A DNA stretch of 64,000 nucleotides. It comes from an uncultured Pseudomonadales bacterium (GTDB lineage Bacteria; Pseudomonadota; Gammaproteobacteria; Pseudomonadales; JAHEIH01). Position numbers and translations under genes: made by a program. The stretch spans positions 100,337 through 164,336 of the forward strand of contig CAZRAM010000004.1 of the NCBI GenBank assembly GCA_964598145.1, given 5' to 3'. Each line of letters starts with the position of its first letter. The stretch's first letter is position 1. The notes beneath the pieces were generated by a model. It searched no databases. It was given only the letters and a program-made list of their open reading frames with translations, and was not told the origin of the DNA. Below are positions 61,828 to 64,000 of this stretch, one piece after another.

Positions 61828-62670
61828 CTGCCTTGTTACGCGCGCCTCAGGCAACGCAAAGTAGATCCAGTCGTGCCACAGCCCGGCGCCTTCAAACCAC
61901 AATAATGACGTCCCCTCGCTGCTATTGAGCTCGCGCTTCAAACGACATAAATCCGGGTAAAACAGCTCCCCTCCCCCAGCGACTACGGCGACCTCACCCA
62001 AGTCATGCAAGCCGCCATAAATGGGCGAAATACGTGGGTGTTCAACAGGTAAATCGCGCCGGTACTGATCGATGGCGGTCACCAATGCCGTTTGCTGCAA
62101 CACAACATCCTGGCGACACCAAGGCTCAAAATCGCGATGCATATCAGCGTCAACCCAAGGTGAGATCAATACGCTCTTTGCCGGCATATTCCCGCCGCTG
62201 TCGCGCAGTTGCTGCAATAACACCAAGGCTAGCGCGCCCCCTGCCGAGTCGCCACAAAGACTAAACCGATCGTCGAGATAACGCTGCTGCAGTGTCGTAT
62301 ACGCAGCGCTGACAAAAGCCTGCACTTCATCAACGCCCGCCCCCGGTGCCAGGGGGTAATCGAGAAGACTAACGCGCAAATGATGCTCGCTAACCAGGCG
62401 GCGAGTAAAGCGGATGAACATGGGAAGAAAACCTAGCGCATAGCCCCCGCCGTGAAGGTATACAACATGCCCAGTACAATGACCTTCAGGGTCAAGCGTA
62501 GCTATTTTTCCCCCCTCCACCTGGTGCCAAGTCACCGGCCACCGAGAAGATAGCAACTTAGGCCAATAAGAAAATAAACGTTGCGGAGGATGCTTGAAGG
62601 CCAGCCCCAACCAAAATTTAAAACCACACAAGGACATCAAAAGTCTGAGCAAACTGGCGGTTATGGACAT
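61801..62670 (-). CDS. alpha/beta hydrolase, hormone-sensitive-lipase-type esterase
   Basis: HGGG oxyanion motif (YLHGGGY) and nucleophile elbow GDSAGG. Confidence 0.8.
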   Translation of the reverse strand: MSITASLLRLLMSLCGFKFWLGLAFKHPPQRLFSYWPKLLSSRWPVTWHQVEGGKIATLDPEGHCTGHVVYLHGGGYALGFLPMFIRFTRRLVSEHHLRVSLLDYPLAPGAGVDEVQAFVSAAYTTLQQRYLDDRFSLCGDSAGGALALVLLQQLRDSGGNMPAKSVLISPWVDADMHRDFEPWCRQDVVLQQTALVTAIDQYRRDLPVEHPRISPIYGGLHDLGEVAVVAGGGELFYPDLCRLKRELNSSEGTSLLWFEGAGLWHDWIYFALPEARVTRQDIGRWLAS

Positions 62671-62682
62671 CTGAACTCCTCG

Positions 62683-63687
62683 CTATTGATGCGTTTTGCG
62701 GTATTCTCGTGGTGACACGCCGGTCCACACTTTAAAGGCCCGCGTGAACGAACGCGCCTCACCGAAACCAAGTAGTGCCGATATCTCTTCAACAGAATGC
62801 GCGCCCTCTAGCAACAGCGAAATAGCTTTTTCTCGGCGTAAACTGTCCTTAATGGTTTGAAAACTCGTGCCCTCGGCGAGCAATTTTCGATGCAGGGTTT
62901 GCTGGCTTATACCAAGAAATTTCGCCGCCTGCTCAAGACTAATAGGACGCACCCCTCCACCGCGAGGATCGATCAAATAGCGCATTAGCTGGCGTTCAAG
63001 GTTGCCTTCAGAGCCAGGAATCGTCATAAAGTCAGCCGGCGCATTTTGCAAAAAATTATCCAACTCATAAGCCGTTCTAATCAGCGGCCGCTGTAATTCT
63101 GCCGCGTCGAACACCAAGCAATTAGTGGGTTGATTAAAATACAAACGCGCCGGAAACATCACCTTCAACTCACTTAAATGGGCCGGCTTAGCAAACGTAA
63201 AGTGTGTCTCGATTAAAGGGATGGCTGAACCGACAAACCAACTTGGAAAGCGATGCCAAATCACCAATAAAAATTCACGTAAAAAGTGCTCGGCGTCCAA
63301 AGCTGGTTTTGCAAAATGGATATTAAAACGGGCATAAAGATCGCTCTGTTCAAGTGACATTGAGACATCACTGCCGACAAGGTTGTAGAAATCGGCCGCT
63401 TTGTTCAGCAACTCTCCCATGGTCCGACAACGGCTAACCAACTCGGCCATAGTAGCGAAAATTCCAACGCGCATCGGATGTGCAGTAAAACCCATAAATT
63501 CGTCATCTAGCGTTTCCATCACCGATTTAAACAAACGAGCAACCTGATCGGTATGTACGCGCTTATTCTGATCGTCAAGCAGACGCGGATGAATTGCAGC
63601 CCGTGCATATAGCGGGTTAGCCTCGACACCACGCGCACGCAATCCCGCGGTACTGGTGATAACGTGGTGGTGGCAAATGGTCGCCAT
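62683..63687 (-). CDS. AraC family transcriptional regulator
   Basis: C-terminal double HTH (ISLEQAAKFLGISQQTLHRKL..., ISALLGFGEARSFTRAFKVWTGVSPREYR). Confidence 0.85.
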   Translation of the reverse strand: MATICHHHVITSTAGLRARGVEANPLYARAAIHPRLLDDQNKRVHTDQVARLFKSVMETLDDEFMGFTAHPMRVGIFATMAELVSRCRTMGELLNKAADFYNLVGSDVSMSLEQSDLYARFNIHFAKPALDAEHFLREFLLVIWHRFPSWFVGSAIPLIETHFTFAKPAHLSELKVMFPARLYFNQPTNCLVFDAAELQRPLIRTAYELDNFLQNAPADFMTIPGSEGNLERQLMRYLIDPRGGGVRPISLEQAAKFLGISQQTLHRKLLAEGTSFQTIKDSLRREKAISLLLEGAHSVEEISALLGFGEARSFTRAFKVWTGVSPREYRKTHQ

Positions 63688-63812
63688 AGTGCGACTCTCC
63701 AGTTAAATTTTGTGAAAAATATACGCAATTAATACCAATAGCAGCGGACAATGACAATAAAAATGATATTTTTTGTGAGTTTTTTTGATGAAATACGACC
63801 TTTCATTCACAC

Positions 63813-63845
63813 AATGCATGGCGCAATATGCATGCAACGTTGCGC
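63813..63845. promoter_or_regulatory. ATGCATG direct repeats and a GCGCAA-N13-TTGCGC dyad upstream of the edge gene
   Basis: AATGCATG is at 63813-63820 and TATGCATG at 63827-63834. The dyad arms are at 63821-63826 and 63840-63845. This lies 40-70 nt upstream of ATG 63885, in the AraC divergent region. Confidence 0.25.
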
Positions 63846-63884
63846 AGACAACGATTTTTTCTCAACGAGCACAGGAAACAGAGC

Positions 63885-64000
63885 ATGAACAGTTTTGCCA
63901 AAGGAATGAATGTCCATACATCTCCCTCGACTCAAGCAGTCGCTCCATTTTTATCGGTCTACGCTGAAGAAAACGTCGATTTCACGCCACCTAAACCGCG
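63885..64000 (+). CDS. 5' end of an unidentified gene running off the right edge
   Basis: The frame is open for 38 codons from ATG 63885 (MNSFAKGMNVHTSPSTQAVAPFLSVYAEENVDFTPPKP). A GGAAACAGAGC purine-rich stretch lies upstream. It is divergent from the AraC gene. Too short to identify. Confidence 0.3.
   Translation, partial: MNSFAKGMNVHTSPSTQAVAPFLSVYAEENVDFTPPKP

Noticed and set aside
1-64000. Genomic island, prophage, integrative element, or defence or toxin-antitoxin system
   Set aside because: I could recognise no integrase, transposase, tRNA attachment site, phage structural or defence-type gene (nuclease/helicase/ATPase combinations), or small toxin-antitoxin pair. Gene content is overwhelmingly central metabolism with conserved synteny.

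Overview
This looks like a densely packed core-chromosome window from a moderately GC-rich gammaproteobacterium. The gene order argG-motY-pyrC-rnt matches what I recall for Pseudomonas aeruginosa PA3525-PA3528. I can support about 60 protein genes. I found no rRNA, tRNA, CRISPR array, integrase, transposase or phage gene.

Main blocks, left to right:
- trpH-like PHP gene (partial), yciB, yciI, an SH3 membrane protein, ppiA, pdxJ.
- A sensor-less histidine kinase with a REC-TPR response regulator.
- slp, trpS, apeB.
- A small, poorly characterised patch: a stand-alone KAS III; an alpha/beta hydrolase, Tat-exported dienelactone hydrolase and FecR-domain operon; a tyrosine phosphatase; an orphan 2Fe-2S ferredoxin.
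- A 12-kb same-strand block, pgi-edd-zwf-pgl-eda-gap-pyk-oadGAB, facing hexR.
- aceK plus a small Rieske protein, facing a LysR regulator.
- A lipoprotein with an M1 peptidase, then yigZ and rbgA.
- An RND efflux pair.
- argG-motY / pyrC-rnt.
- A secreted amidohydrolase, a nitroreductase and a mini-asparaginase.
- maeA, then liuRABCDE.
- AEC and LysE transporters.
- A thiolase, FadB-like, SDR and enoyl-CoA hydratase beta-oxidation cluster.
- An esterase with an AraC regulator.

I do not see a convincing novel multi-gene system such as defence, toxin or secretion. The most unexplained structure is non-coding. A REP-like element (a CTGTGGGACC head plus an 8-bp hairpin) occurs at two loci 25 kb apart, and the two copies differ by two compensatory stem changes. 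At 39.24-39.48 kb it is amplified into seven tandem truncated heads (20/23-bp spacing, 43-bp higher-order unit), followed by an inverted pair.

Secondary leads are several unusual gene pairings, a terminator-like hairpin directly abutting the argG ribosome-binding site, and a degraded small ORF.

All protein calls rest on motifs and family resemblance read from the supplied translations. No searches or alignments were run.
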